The notes beneath the pieces were generated by a model, which had not been told where the DNA came from, ran no database searches, and was given only the letters and a program-made list of their open reading frames with translations. From assembly GCA_934157235.1 (NCBI GenBank), contig CAKPHH010000001.1, positions 131,330 to 195,329 on the forward strand: 64,000 nucleotides of DNA, written 5' to 3'. Shown piece by piece: positions 9,552 to 19,024 of the stretch. The stretch is from an uncultured Bacilli bacterium. Lineage in GTDB: Bacteria > Bacillota_I > Bacilli_A > RF39 > UBA660. Within the stretch, counting starts at the first letter, position 1. Each line of letters starts with the position of its first letter. The translations under genes and the position numbers were made by a program.

Positions 9552-10853
9552 TTATGCATCTTTTTCTTTTAGATAACTCCATACTTTATATAGTTCATAT
9601 ATTGTTACTACTAAAACATTTATACTAATCGCAATTATTAAGCCATAAATTCCAATCTTTAAATAGGAAAGTATAAATAATAGTCCTATTCTAGTAATCA
9701 TTCCAAGAGTTGTTGCTACCATAGCGTCTTTGCTTTTACCCATCGCATCAAGGGCCGAGGCTAATGGACTTTGTATATATTGCAGTAAACATATAGGAGC
9801 AAGTATTTGCATATAACTAACTCCTTCTGTTGTATGATAGATTATTCTTAAGAAAAACTCTGGAAACAAAACAAAAAGAATTGTTGCTGGTAGACCTATA
9901 GCCAAGGAAAAACTTATTGCTAGTTTTATTTTCTTCCTAACACTATCCTTTCTACCTCTGGTAAACTCTTTAGAAACTACCGGTAAAAGTGCCTGAGAAA
10001 TTGCTAGAGTAAAAAACGATGGTAGTAATATTAAAGGCATAACATATCCTGATAATACTCCATATTCTCTAGCAATATAGCCATTACTATATCCTACACT
10101 AAGTAAGACCAAACTAAGTATAATTGGCTCTAAAAAGTATCCTACACTTCCAATTAATCTTCCCGTAGTATTTGGTATTCCAATAGATAAACATTCTCTT
10201 ACATAGCTTCTGCTTGGCCTTAAATCACTTCTTTTAATAATAGTTCCTTTAGGTAAAAATAAAAATAAAACAACAATCGAAGCTCCTTCACTAATAATAT
10301 TAGAAAGAATGATATAACAAACCGCATATTCTAATCCCTTATCAATAACAAAAGGAATACCTACAATCATTAAAATCAAACGCACAACATCTTCTAATAA
10401 ATTAGAAACAACATGTGGTCCCATTCGCTCTTTGCCAAAAAAATAACTTCTCGAAATACTCGAAATACTAGTAAAAGGAATAACTAAAGCAATAGCTAAA
10501 ATACCATAATAAGTCTTACTATTATTAAGTAAATTATTAGATAGAATAGGGGCGAATAATAAAATAATAACAATAAGAATAATATTTACTAAAAGAACAA
10601 CTGGTAACACCGAAAAAAATAGTTTCTTATTATTCTTAGTATCTTCTGCAATTAACTTTGCTAAAGCAACTGGCATACCTAACTGACTCAGTCCAATAAA
10701 AAGAGAAAAAGTAGGTAAGATTAACATATAAAGACCTAAACCTTCAGTCCCAATAAGTCTACTCATTATTATTTTTATTAACATTCCGAGAATCTTAGTA
10801 AAGAATCCTCCAATTAATAATATTAACGTTGATTTAATAAATTTTTCTTTCAT
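9552..10853 (-). CDS. MOP-superfamily polysaccharide / lipid-linked oligosaccharide flippase (SpoVB/MurJ/Wzx-like)
   Basis: Polytopic, about 12 TM helices, 433 aa. General similarity to polysaccharide-biosynthesis/MviN-like proteins. Confidence 0.7.
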   Translation of the reverse strand: MKEKFIKSTLILLIGGFFTKILGMLIKIIMSRLIGTEGLGLYMLILPTFSLFIGLSQLGMPVALAKLIAEDTKNNKKLFFSVLPVVLLVNIILIVIILLFAPILSNNLLNNSKTYYGILAIALVIPFTSISSISRSYFFGKERMGPHVVSNLLEDVVRLILMIVGIPFVIDKGLEYAVCYIILSNIISEGASIVVLFLFLPKGTIIKRSDLRPSRSYVRECLSIGIPNTTGRLIGSVGYFLEPIILSLVLLSVGYSNGYIAREYGVLSGYVMPLILLPSFFTLAISQALLPVVSKEFTRGRKDSVRKKIKLAISFSLAIGLPATILFVLFPEFFLRIIYHTTEGVSYMQILAPICLLQYIQSPLASALDAMGKSKDAMVATTLGMITRIGLLFILSYLKIGIYGLIIAISINVLVVTIYELYKVWSYLKEKDA

Positions 10854-11045
10854 AGTAAGTTATATGAAAAAGCTAAAAATAAAATAACTCTTAACAATAA
10901 GTTGACAACAAACATTCATGTAAATTATGTAAATCGAACAAACGTGAGAAAACGTAAAAGCTATTGTAAAATTTTTGCAAAAAACAATTCTTATCTTCCC
11001 TTTAAATATTACATGTGATATTCTTTAAATAAGAGGTGGACGTAA

Positions 11046-12110
11046 ATGAACGATTTAATCAAATTATTAACATCGCAAGAAATAATAATAGTTTATATTG
11101 TTGCTGCCGTTGCCTGTTTTCTATACTTTATAATTTACTTAATAGATAAAAGTTATCATAAGAGGAGACAAAAACAAAATACTAGAGAATTAAATCGTCT
11201 AGTTGAAGATATAAATGCTCATATAGCAGAAGAAACAAAAAATTTAGAACCTGTTACAATTGAAGAAGAAAAGAAAGAACCATTCGTTTACGTAGAACCT
11301 GTTTTAGTAAAAGAAGAAGTTCCAGCTATTACTCCAGTAGAACCAACTATTCAGGTTGAACCAATCGTAACTCAAGAAGAAAAAATAGAAGAAGTAAAAG
11401 AAGTAGAAAAAACAGAACCAGTAATAATTGAAAAAACAGAAGAAGAGGAAGTTACTTCAAGTATTGAAGAATTAGTTTTAGATAGTATGGAATCTACTCC
11501 TGAGCCAGAAATAACTTATACCGCAATCGAACCAAATCCAGAACAAGCTCAAGAGGAGTTAAGAAAATTAACTGAAGAGTTAGAAAAGGCTGAAGAAGAA
11601 ACTAGAAATATTGATTTAACTAGTTATGAAGAAGCTCAAGAAAGAGATGCAATCATTAGTTTAGATGAATTACTAAAAAAATCTAAAGAAATGTATGCTA
11701 ATAATGAATTAACTCAATATGAAGATGAAGGTAATGAACCAATCAGTTTAGCTGACTTAGAAGCCAAAATGAAACAAGTGGCAGCTATAGAACCAACACC
11801 AGTTGAGTATCAAGAACCAGTTATGGAAACAATTACTGAACAAGTAGTAGAAACTCCAGTACAACAACAAATGATTTTAGACGACTTCAATACTGTTAAG
11901 GTTGAACCAGAAAAAAGACCAGTTTATCAAGAAACATACAAGTATAAACCATCTCCAATCATTTCTCCAATCTATGGTATTGAAAAGACTACACAACAAA
12001 CAGATCTTGAGTTAGAAAATACTGCTAATTATGAAAAATTAGATGAAGAAATTAAAAAGACAAATGAATTCATCATGTCTTTAAAAGATTTACAAAAACA
12101 TTTAGATTAA
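11046..12110 (+). CDS. N-terminally membrane-anchored, highly acidic (E/P/V/T-rich) protein of unknown function
   Basis: One TM helix (IIIVYIVAAVACFLYFIIYLI), then a low-complexity acidic segment with repeated EP/VEP/TP units and coiled-coil-like stretches. RBS AAGAGGTGGA. Confidence 0.5.
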   Translation: MNDLIKLLTSQEIIIVYIVAAVACFLYFIIYLIDKSYHKRRQKQNTRELNRLVEDINAHIAEETKNLEPVTIEEEKKEPFVYVEPVLVKEEVPAITPVEPTIQVEPIVTQEEKIEEVKEVEKTEPVIIEKTEEEEVTSSIEELVLDSMESTPEPEITYTAIEPNPEQAQEELRKLTEELEKAEEETRNIDLTSYEEAQERDAIISLDELLKKSKEMYANNELTQYEDEGNEPISLADLEAKMKQVAAIEPTPVEYQEPVMETITEQVVETPVQQQMILDDFNTVKVEPEKRPVYQETYKYKPSPIISPIYGIEKTTQQTDLELENTANYEKLDEEIKKTNEFIMSLKDLQKHLD

Positions 12111-12140
12111 CTAGGGTATCCTAGTTTTTTATTTTTTTTC
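12111..12140 (+). terminator. Rho-independent terminator
   Basis: CTAGG-GTAT-CCTAG hairpin followed by a long T run. Confidence 0.6.
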
Positions 12141-12250
12141 GAAAAATTGCCGGAAAAGTTCAAAATATTTAGTATTATATTATTGAGGACATTGAAAAAA
12201 ATACCTGAATATGCTATAATTTGATAACGAGTTGATAGGGGGAATTTTAT

Positions 12251-12925
12251 ATGAAAAAGGCTATTATTTTAACTATTTGTATATTACTATCGGTAACTGC
12301 TTGCACTACCAAGAAAGAAGAAACTGTAGCAAATAAAGATTCTATAGAAACTAAAGAAATAACTCTAGTAACTGAACAAGACACAACAACCATTGCAACT
12401 GATGAAGAAGTTGTCGAGTACATTGAAGATGTTACCAATGAGGTTGAAACATTAACCGAAGAAGAAAGTCTTTCTGAAAAGACTAAGCAATCTTTAAAAA
12501 AGACTTTTATCACCTTAACTGATTTCATCTTTTATGATGGAACAATCAAAGGAAAGACTTTTAAAGAATTAAGCTATGAAGCTCAAACTAAAATTCTTGA
12601 ATTATATGAAAAAATAGATACGAAAATAGAAAGTGTTTTTCCAAATTATAAAGAAGAAATAAAAGATACTTCAACCAAAACTTATAGTAAAGCAAAAGAA
12701 AAAGCTAAAGAATTAAAAGAAAAAATTAAAAGTATTTATATCGAAAGAGTCGGTGAAGATACTTATCAAAAAGAAATGGATATTATCAAAAATACCAAAG
12801 ATAAAGTTGTTGAAAAGACAACTCCGGTTATTTCTGATGTTAAGGATAAAGCCAAAGATACTTATACTAAAACTAAAGATAAATTAGATGAATGGTATAA
12901 AAACTTTAAAGAAAGTAGTGAATAA
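12251..12925 (+). CDS. Lipoprotein, K/E-rich, unknown function
   Basis: Signal peptide with lipobox LSVTAC. Charged low-complexity mature part. RBS GGGGGAA. Confidence 0.6.
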   Translation: MKKAIILTICILLSVTACTTKKEETVANKDSIETKEITLVTEQDTTTIATDEEVVEYIEDVTNEVETLTEEESLSEKTKQSLKKTFITLTDFIFYDGTIKGKTFKELSYEAQTKILELYEKIDTKIESVFPNYKEEIKDTSTKTYSKAKEKAKELKEKIKSIYIERVGEDTYQKEMDIIKNTKDKVVEKTTPVISDVKDKAKDTYTKTKDKLDEWYKNFKESSE

Positions 12926-12926
12926 A

Positions 12927-14198
12927 ATGCGTAGTGTTGGAATTTTAACTTTAGGATGTAAAGTAAATACTTATGAAAGTGAGTATGTTATCAATATTCT
13001 AAAAGAACATAATTATGAAATAAAAAGTTTTGATGATGTATGTGACATCTATATAATAAATACTTGTACAGTCACAAATACTAGTGATATAAAGTCTCGT
13101 AAAATGATTAGGAATGCTATCAAAAAAAATCCTAATGCCTGTGTTGTGGCAATGGGATGTTTTATTGAAGCCAATAAGGATTATCAAATAGAAGGCTTAG
13201 ACATTGTTTTAGGAAATAAAGATAAATCTAAAATCGTTGAATTACTGGATGAGTATTTTGCTAAGAAAGAAAAGATTGTAAAATTATATAATGATCCAAA
13301 AAGTCAATTTGAAGATATGTATATTACTAACTTTCCTGGACGTACTAGAGCCTTTGTCAAGATTCAAGACGGTTGTGAAAACTTTTGCTCTTACTGTATA
13401 ATTCCTTTTGTCCGTGGTAAATGTCGTAGTAAAGATAAAGATAAGGTTATATCCGAAATAAATGACCTAGTAAAAAATGGTTACCAAGAAGTAGTTTTAA
13501 CAGGTATTCATACCGGTAATTATGGAGTAGACTTAGATACAAACTTTGCCATTCTTTTAAAAGAACTTGTTAAAATAGAAGGACTAAAACGTCTACGTAT
13601 TTCCTCAATCGAAATAACCGAATTAACTGATGAAGTACTAGAAGTACTAAAGACAAGTCCTATAATTGTTGATCACCTACATATTCCACTTCAAGCTGGA
13701 AGTGATGAAATTTTAAAGGCTATGAATCGTAAATACAATCTTTCTTATTTCTTTGAAAAAATCAAAAAGATAAGAGAAATAAGACCAAACATTTCTATCA
13801 CGACCGATGTCATAGTAGGTTTTCCAGGCGAGACTACTGAACTATTTGAACAAACTATTAAAACTTGCCGTGACTTAGAATTTGCTAAAATCCATGTTTT
13901 CCCTTATAGTGAAAGACAAGGAACTAAAGCTATGGAACTACCAAATCATATTGAACCGACTGAAAAGAAAAGACGTGCTAGAGAATTATTATTAGTATCA
14001 AAAGAGTTAGAAATAACTTATGCTAATAAATTTTTAAATAAACAAGTTGAAGTCTTAATTGAAGAAGAAAAAGATGGTTACAGTTATGGTCATACTAGTA
14101 ACTACTTACATGTAAAAATAAATAAAAAGCTAAAACATAATACTTTTGTAACTGTAACAATTACTAAAGTAGATTATCCATATTGCTTAGCAAAATAA
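12927..14198 (+). CDS. mtaB: tRNA methylthiotransferase, MiaB-like radical-SAM enzyme (MtaB type)
   Basis: N-terminal MTTase domain (GILTLGCKVN). Radical-SAM CxxxCxxC as CENFCSYC. C-terminal TRAM-like region. Start moved to Met 12927, the typical MiaB-family N-terminus. Confidence 0.85.
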   Translation: MRSVGILTLGCKVNTYESEYVINILKEHNYEIKSFDDVCDIYIINTCTVTNTSDIKSRKMIRNAIKKNPNACVVAMGCFIEANKDYQIEGLDIVLGNKDKSKIVELLDEYFAKKEKIVKLYNDPKSQFEDMYITNFPGRTRAFVKIQDGCENFCSYCIIPFVRGKCRSKDKDKVISEINDLVKNGYQEVVLTGIHTGNYGVDLDTNFAILLKELVKIEGLKRLRISSIEITELTDEVLEVLKTSPIIVDHLHIPLQAGSDEILKAMNRKYNLSYFFEKIKKIREIRPNISITTDVIVGFPGETTELFEQTIKTCRDLEFAKIHVFPYSERQGTKAMELPNHIEPTEKKRRARELLLVSKELEITYANKFLNKQVEVLIEEEKDGYSYGHTSNYLHVKINKKLKHNTFVTVTITKVDYPYCLAK

Positions 14199-14210
14199 AG
14201 GAGAAAAGAT

Positions 14211-16400
14211 ATGTCATACATTAAGGGAAATTATCGTAGAAGTATATATCAAACAAGTCAAGGTTACAACATTGGTCTATTTAAAGTAACTGATACCGAT
14301 GATGAAAAATTAGTAGACTATGTCGATCACATAATTACTTTTACCGGATATTTTCATGAACTTAATGATATGGATACATATCTTTTTTATGGTAAATTAG
14401 TAACTCATCCTAAGTATGGTGAACAATTTCAAGTAGATAGTTATGAACGCTGTAAACCCGAAGAAAAAGATGCTATAGTCGACTTCTTAACCTCTGGATT
14501 ATTCAAAGGAATTGGTGAAAAGAAAGCTAAAGCTATCGTTGATGTCTTAGGAAAAGATACTTTAAAAATAATTTTAGAAAATCCGGACAATCTAATTTTA
14601 ATACCTGGTGTAAATAGAAAAAATATTGATACTCTACACACCAAACTTCAAGAATATGAAGCTAGTTATGAAACAATTTTAACTTTAACTGAATTAGGTT
14701 TTTCTACTAAAGATGCTATGATAGTTTATAATTTTTATAAGAATAAAACTAAAAATATAATAGATACTAATATATATCAAATAATTGAAGATATCTATAA
14801 TATGAATTTTAAAAAAATTGATACCATCGCTTTAAAAAATGGTTTAGCTAAAGATTCTCCAATTCGTGTAGAAGCTACCATCGTCTATATCATGAATGAA
14901 TTAAGTAATACCTATGGTCATAGCTATTATTTTAAAGAAGAACTTTTAACATATTTACCTCGTGTGCTTGGTCAAAATATCACAGAAGAGTTATTCTTAA
15001 CATCCCTTGATAATCTCGAAAAAAATCTCCGAATAGTAAGAAAAGAAGAAAAGTATTACTTAAAAGAAATGTACGAAGCAGAAACCTTAATAACCAAACG
15101 TTTTAGAATGCTATCTCATGAAGAAGATAAAGTTATAAAAGATATTGATTTAAAAATAAAAGAGTTAGAAGAACTCCTTGGAATTACTTATAATGAACAA
15201 CAGTTTCTGGCAATCAAAAATAGTATTTTAAAAAAATTCATTATCATAACTGGTGGTCCAGGTACTGGTAAAACTACTATCATGAAAGGTGTAACTGAAT
15301 TATATCGTACTATTAATAAACTTGGTTATAGTGAGCTTCAAGAAAAAATCGCCCTTCTTGCTCCAACCGGTAGAGCAGCGAAAAGAATGTCTGAATCAAC
15401 GCTCCTTAAAGCATCAACTATTCATCGCTTTTTAAAATGGCAAAAAGAAACAAATAAATTCCAAGTGAATGAGTACAATAAGAGTAGAGTAGAATTTGTC
15501 ATAATTGATGAAGCCAGTATGATTGATACTTATTTAATGGCTAATCTTTTAAAAGGAATTTCTGCTAATTGTAAAATTGTTTTAGTAGGTGATGATCATC
15601 AATTACCATCAGTAGGTCCTGGTCAAGTTTTACATGATTTAATTGAAAGTAATAGTCTTGAAAAAGTCGAGTTAACAGAACTATATCGTCAAGGAAAAGA
15701 CTCAAATATTTTAAGTCTTGCCTATGACATCAGACAAGGAAAAGTAAATGAAAAAATATTTAACATTGGGGAGGATTTAACCTTTATAAAATCAACTCCA
15801 GATCAAGTAATTGATAATATTTTAGAAATTACTGATACCTATAAAGATTTATCTTACAAAGACTTCCAAATCTTATGCCCAATGTATAAAACAATTGCTG
15901 GTATTGATGAAATAAATAAACATGTTCAAAATCGTATCAATAAAAAGTCTAAAAATAAAAAAGAACTTCCCTATGGTGATGTTATTTATCGTGAAGAAGA
16001 TAAAGTCTTACAGTTAACTAATATGCCAGATGAAAATGTTTATAATGGCGACATTGGTATAATTAAAGAAATAAAAACTTCTCCTAAAAAAGAAATTATT
16101 ATTGATTTTGATGGTAATATTGTAAAATACACGCCATCTAATTTTGCTAATTTTCGTCTAGCTTATGCTATTTCGATTCATAAAGCTCAAGGTAGTGAGT
16201 TTGATGTTGTTGTTATTCCAATAGTCAAAAATTTCAATAAAATGCTATATCGTAAATTAATTTATACTGGCATAACTAGAAGTAAGAAAAAATTATATTT
16301 AATAGGTGATCTTGCTTCTCTAAATTATGCCGTATCCAATGATAATGCTGATATTAGAAGAACGACAATTAAAGATTTTCTTATCTCTGGAATAAAGTAA
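14211..16400 (+). CDS. recD2: RecD2-type ATP-dependent 5'-3' DNA helicase
   Basis: N-terminal HhH region. Walker A GGPGTGKTT. Walker B IIDEASMID. C-terminal SH3-like/UvrD_C motifs. 729 aa. Confidence 0.88.
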   Translation: MSYIKGNYRRSIYQTSQGYNIGLFKVTDTDDEKLVDYVDHIITFTGYFHELNDMDTYLFYGKLVTHPKYGEQFQVDSYERCKPEEKDAIVDFLTSGLFKGIGEKKAKAIVDVLGKDTLKIILENPDNLILIPGVNRKNIDTLHTKLQEYEASYETILTLTELGFSTKDAMIVYNFYKNKTKNIIDTNIYQIIEDIYNMNFKKIDTIALKNGLAKDSPIRVEATIVYIMNELSNTYGHSYYFKEELLTYLPRVLGQNITEELFLTSLDNLEKNLRIVRKEEKYYLKEMYEAETLITKRFRMLSHEEDKVIKDIDLKIKELEELLGITYNEQQFLAIKNSILKKFIIITGGPGTGKTTIMKGVTELYRTINKLGYSELQEKIALLAPTGRAAKRMSESTLLKASTIHRFLKWQKETNKFQVNEYNKSRVEFVIIDEASMIDTYLMANLLKGISANCKIVLVGDDHQLPSVGPGQVLHDLIESNSLEKVELTELYRQGKDSNILSLAYDIRQGKVNEKIFNIGEDLTFIKSTPDQVIDNILEITDTYKDLSYKDFQILCPMYKTIAGIDEINKHVQNRINKKSKNKKELPYGDVIYREEDKVLQLTNMPDENVYNGDIGIIKEIKTSPKKEIIIDFDGNIVKYTPSNFANFRLAYAISIHKAQGSEFDVVVIPIVKNFNKMLYRKLIYTGITRSKKKLYLIGDLASLNYAVSNDNADIRRTTIKDFLISGIK

Positions 16401-16434
16401 TAAATATTATCCATACTAAAAATGAGGTGAGAGT

Positions 16435-16596
16435 ATGGAAATGCGAAAAGGTTTAGTAATTTCAGCAATAGTAGGAACTATGGCTGTTGTAGCCTATATG
16501 TATTTAAAAAATAATCCAGTTGTTTTATGTGAAATGAAAGAAATGGCTAAAGATATGGCCAAAAAGACATATGACAAACTTGAAGACCTTGATTAA
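16435..16596 (+). CDS. Small (53 aa) membrane protein, not in the ORF track
   Basis: RBS GAGGTGAGAG 6 nt upstream of an ATG. One hydrophobic helix VISAIVGTMAVVAYMYL. Ends at TAA 16594-16596. Confidence 0.4.
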   Translation: MEMRKGLVISAIVGTMAVVAYMYLKNNPVVLCEMKEMAKDMAKKTYDKLEDLD

Positions 16597-16689
16597 TTGG
16601 AGAAATCCAATTTTTCTTTTGTGATAAAACAGACTTTTTTACAAATTAACTGTTTTATGCTATAAAATCTTATAGAAGGCCAAAATGAT

Positions 16690-16900
16690 GTTTTCGTGTT
16701 AAGAACAACTTGAAGACACTTATCTTAAACATATTGTTTATGGATTGTTAATTCAAAAGGGCGATGAAAAGCCATATGGTGCTGAAGTTTTTTTGACATC
16801 ATTATCTTAGCAATTACTAAAGAAGATTCAAATGGAAACCAAAAAGTTTATGTTTATGACCGTAAAGGTAATAAAACAGAGTTAAAAGATAATTAAAAAG
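16690..16900 (+). pseudogene. Possible decayed gene remnant in a 450-bp ORF-free gap
   Basis: Two adjacent frames read protein-like text (EDTYLKHIVYGLLIQKGDEKPYGAEVFLTSLS* and AITKEDSNGNQKVYVYDRKGNKTELKDN*) separated by a frameshift. No start or RBS. Confidence 0.2.
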
Positions 16901-16911
16901 AAGATGAGATT

Positions 16912-16936
16912 AAGAAGTCTATATCTTCTTTTTTTC
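16912..16936 (+). terminator. Rho-independent terminator
   Basis: AAGAAG-tctatat-CTTCTT hairpin followed by a T7 run. Confidence 0.5.
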
Positions 16937-17102
16937 TTCCTAAATTTAAAAAAATGCTAAAAAAAGCATAAAACACCCTTCGAAATAATGGAAAAAATAA
17001 ATAAAAATCGCCATTTTCCTCGTAAAATAAAGTAAATGAACGTTGAAAAAACTTCACTCTTTAGTTATAATAATAAATAGTGAAAATTATAGGAGTGATA
17101 AA

Positions 17103-19007
17103 ATGGCTTTAAAATACGATGAATCATCAATAAAAATACTAGAAGGATTAGAAGCAGTCAGAAAAAGACCAGGTATGTATATCGGTTCAACTGATAAAAG
17201 AGGACTTCATCATCTAGTTTGGGAAATAGTTGATAACGCTATTGATGAAGCCATTAATGGTTTTGGAGATTACATCAAAGTAACTATTCATAAAGATAAA
17301 TCTGTAAGCGTAGAAGACCATGGTCGTGGTGTACCAACTGGAATGCATGAATCAGGTAAATCAACTCCAGAAGTAATTTATACCGTTCTACATGCCGGTG
17401 GTAAATTTGAAAGCGATGGATACAAAGTATCTGGTGGTCTACATGGTGTTGGTAGTAGTGTCGTTAATGCTTTATCTAAATGGATGGAAGTAACCATTAA
17501 AAGAGATAAAAAAGAATATTATATTCGTTTTGAAAATGGTGGTCATGTTGTTGTTCCTTTAAAAGAAATTGGAACTTCCAATAAAACCGGAACAACAGTA
17601 AGATTTTTACCTGATGATGAAATTTTTACTACTACAAATTTTTCATATACAACAATTTGTGAAAGAATGCAAGAAAGTGCCTTTTTATTAAAAGGTATAA
17701 CTTTAGAAGTAGTTGATGAAGAAGATGAAAGAAGTGCTAAATTTCATTATGATAGAGGTATTGAAGAATTTGTTGAAGAACTAAATAAAGGAAAAACACC
17801 TTTACATAAAGTTTTATCCTTATCTGGAACTAAAGAAAAAATGGAAGTAGATATTGCGATGCAATACACTGATTCTTACAATGAAAATATTGTTAGCTTT
17901 GTAAATAATGTTAAAACTATCGATGGTGGTTCTCACGAAGTGGGTTTTAAAACAGCCCTTACTAAAGTGTTTAATGATTACGCTAAAAACAATGGCTTCG
18001 TTAAAGGTAAAGATAAAGCCTTTGAAGGAAGCGACGTTCGTGAAGGCTTAACAGCTGTAATCAGTTTAAAAATACCAGAAGCTATCCTTCAATTTGAAGG
18101 ACAAACTAAAGGAAAATTAGGAACTCCTCAAGCTAGAGTAGCCGTAGAAAATATCGTAACCGAACAAATAAGAACATTCCTAGAAGAAAATAAATCTATT
18201 GCTACTGAAATCATAAATAAAAGCTTACGCAGTAAAGTAGCAAGAGAAGCTGCTCGTAAAGCTCGTGAAGAAGCACGAAAGGGTACTAAGAAGAATAATA
18301 AAGAACGTTCTTTATCTGGTAAACTTGCACCAGCTCAAAGCAAGGATAAAGAGAAAAAAGAACTATTCTTAGTCGAAGGAGATTCAGCCGGTGGTTCTGC
18401 AAAACAAGGAAGAGACAGACGTTATCAAGCCATCCTTCCATTACGTGGTAAAGTTTTAAATACTGAAAAAACTAAAGAAGATGAAATCTTAAAAAATGAA
18501 GAAATTAATACAATGATTTATACGATAGGTGCCGGTTATGGCTCAAACTTCGATATCAAGGATTGCGAATATTCCAAAGTAATAATCATGTCCGATGCCG
18601 ATGAAGATGGTGGACATATCCAATGCTTATTATTAACCTTCTTCTATCGTTATATGAAACCTTTAATAGAAGATGGTCGTCTATTTGTAGCCCTTCCTCC
18701 ATTATTTAAAATCCAATCTGGTAAAAATGTTGAGTATGCGTATACAATAGATGAAATGAAAGAAAAAAGCAAAGGTAAAAAATGTGAAATTCAAAGATAT
18801 AAAGGTCTTGGTGAAATGAACGCCGATCAACTATGTGAAACAACTATGAAACCAGGCAGTAGAACTTTAATTAGAGTAAATATCGAAGATGCCCAATTAG
18901 CTGAAAAAAGAGTTTCTGTCCTAATGGGTGATGATGTTCCTCCAAGAAAAGAATGGATAGAAGAAAATGTTGAATTCTCCCTAGAAGATGATTATGCAAT
19001 AAATTAA
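17103..19007 (+). CDS. parE: Type IIA topoisomerase B subunit, most likely topoisomerase IV ParE
   Basis: GHKL ATPase, TOPRIM (EGDSAGGS) and PLRGK motifs. Start moved to MALKYDES, preceded by RBS AGGAGTGA. Paired with an A subunit lacking a GyrA box, and not next to dnaA/dnaN/recF. Confidence 0.8.
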   Translation: MALKYDESSIKILEGLEAVRKRPGMYIGSTDKRGLHHLVWEIVDNAIDEAINGFGDYIKVTIHKDKSVSVEDHGRGVPTGMHESGKSTPEVIYTVLHAGGKFESDGYKVSGGLHGVGSSVVNALSKWMEVTIKRDKKEYYIRFENGGHVVVPLKEIGTSNKTGTTVRFLPDDEIFTTTNFSYTTICERMQESAFLLKGITLEVVDEEDERSAKFHYDRGIEEFVEELNKGKTPLHKVLSLSGTKEKMEVDIAMQYTDSYNENIVSFVNNVKTIDGGSHEVGFKTALTKVFNDYAKNNGFVKGKDKAFEGSDVREGLTAVISLKIPEAILQFEGQTKGKLGTPQARVAVENIVTEQIRTFLEENKSIATEIINKSLRSKVAREAARKAREEARKGTKKNNKERSLSGKLAPAQSKDKEKKELFLVEGDSAGGSAKQGRDRRYQAILPLRGKVLNTEKTKEDEILKNEEINTMIYTIGAGYGSNFDIKDCEYSKVIIMSDADEDGGHIQCLLLTFFYRYMKPLIEDGRLFVALPPLFKIQSGKNVEYAYTIDEMKEKSKGKKCEIQRYKGLGEMNADQLCETTMKPGSRTLIRVNIEDAQLAEKRVSVLMGDDVPPRKEWIEENVEFSLEDDYAIN

Positions 19008-19024
19008 AAAAGTAGGTGTAAAAA

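Noticed and set aside
9552-10853. Calling the MOP flippase specifically SpoVB or MurJ
   Set aside because: At 433 aa it is shorter than either (about 510-520 aa), and no family-specific motif could be verified by eye. Kept generic.
12888-12926. 14-codon N-terminal extension of mtaB
   Set aside because: It overlaps the lipoprotein gene. The MiaB-family N-terminus (MRSVGILTLGCKVN) starts at 12927.
17043-17102. Upstream extension MKKLHSLVIIINSENYRSDK of the topoisomerase B subunit
   Set aside because: It has no RBS, whereas AGGAGTGA precedes MALKYDES. The GyrB/ParE-family N-terminus begins at the latter.
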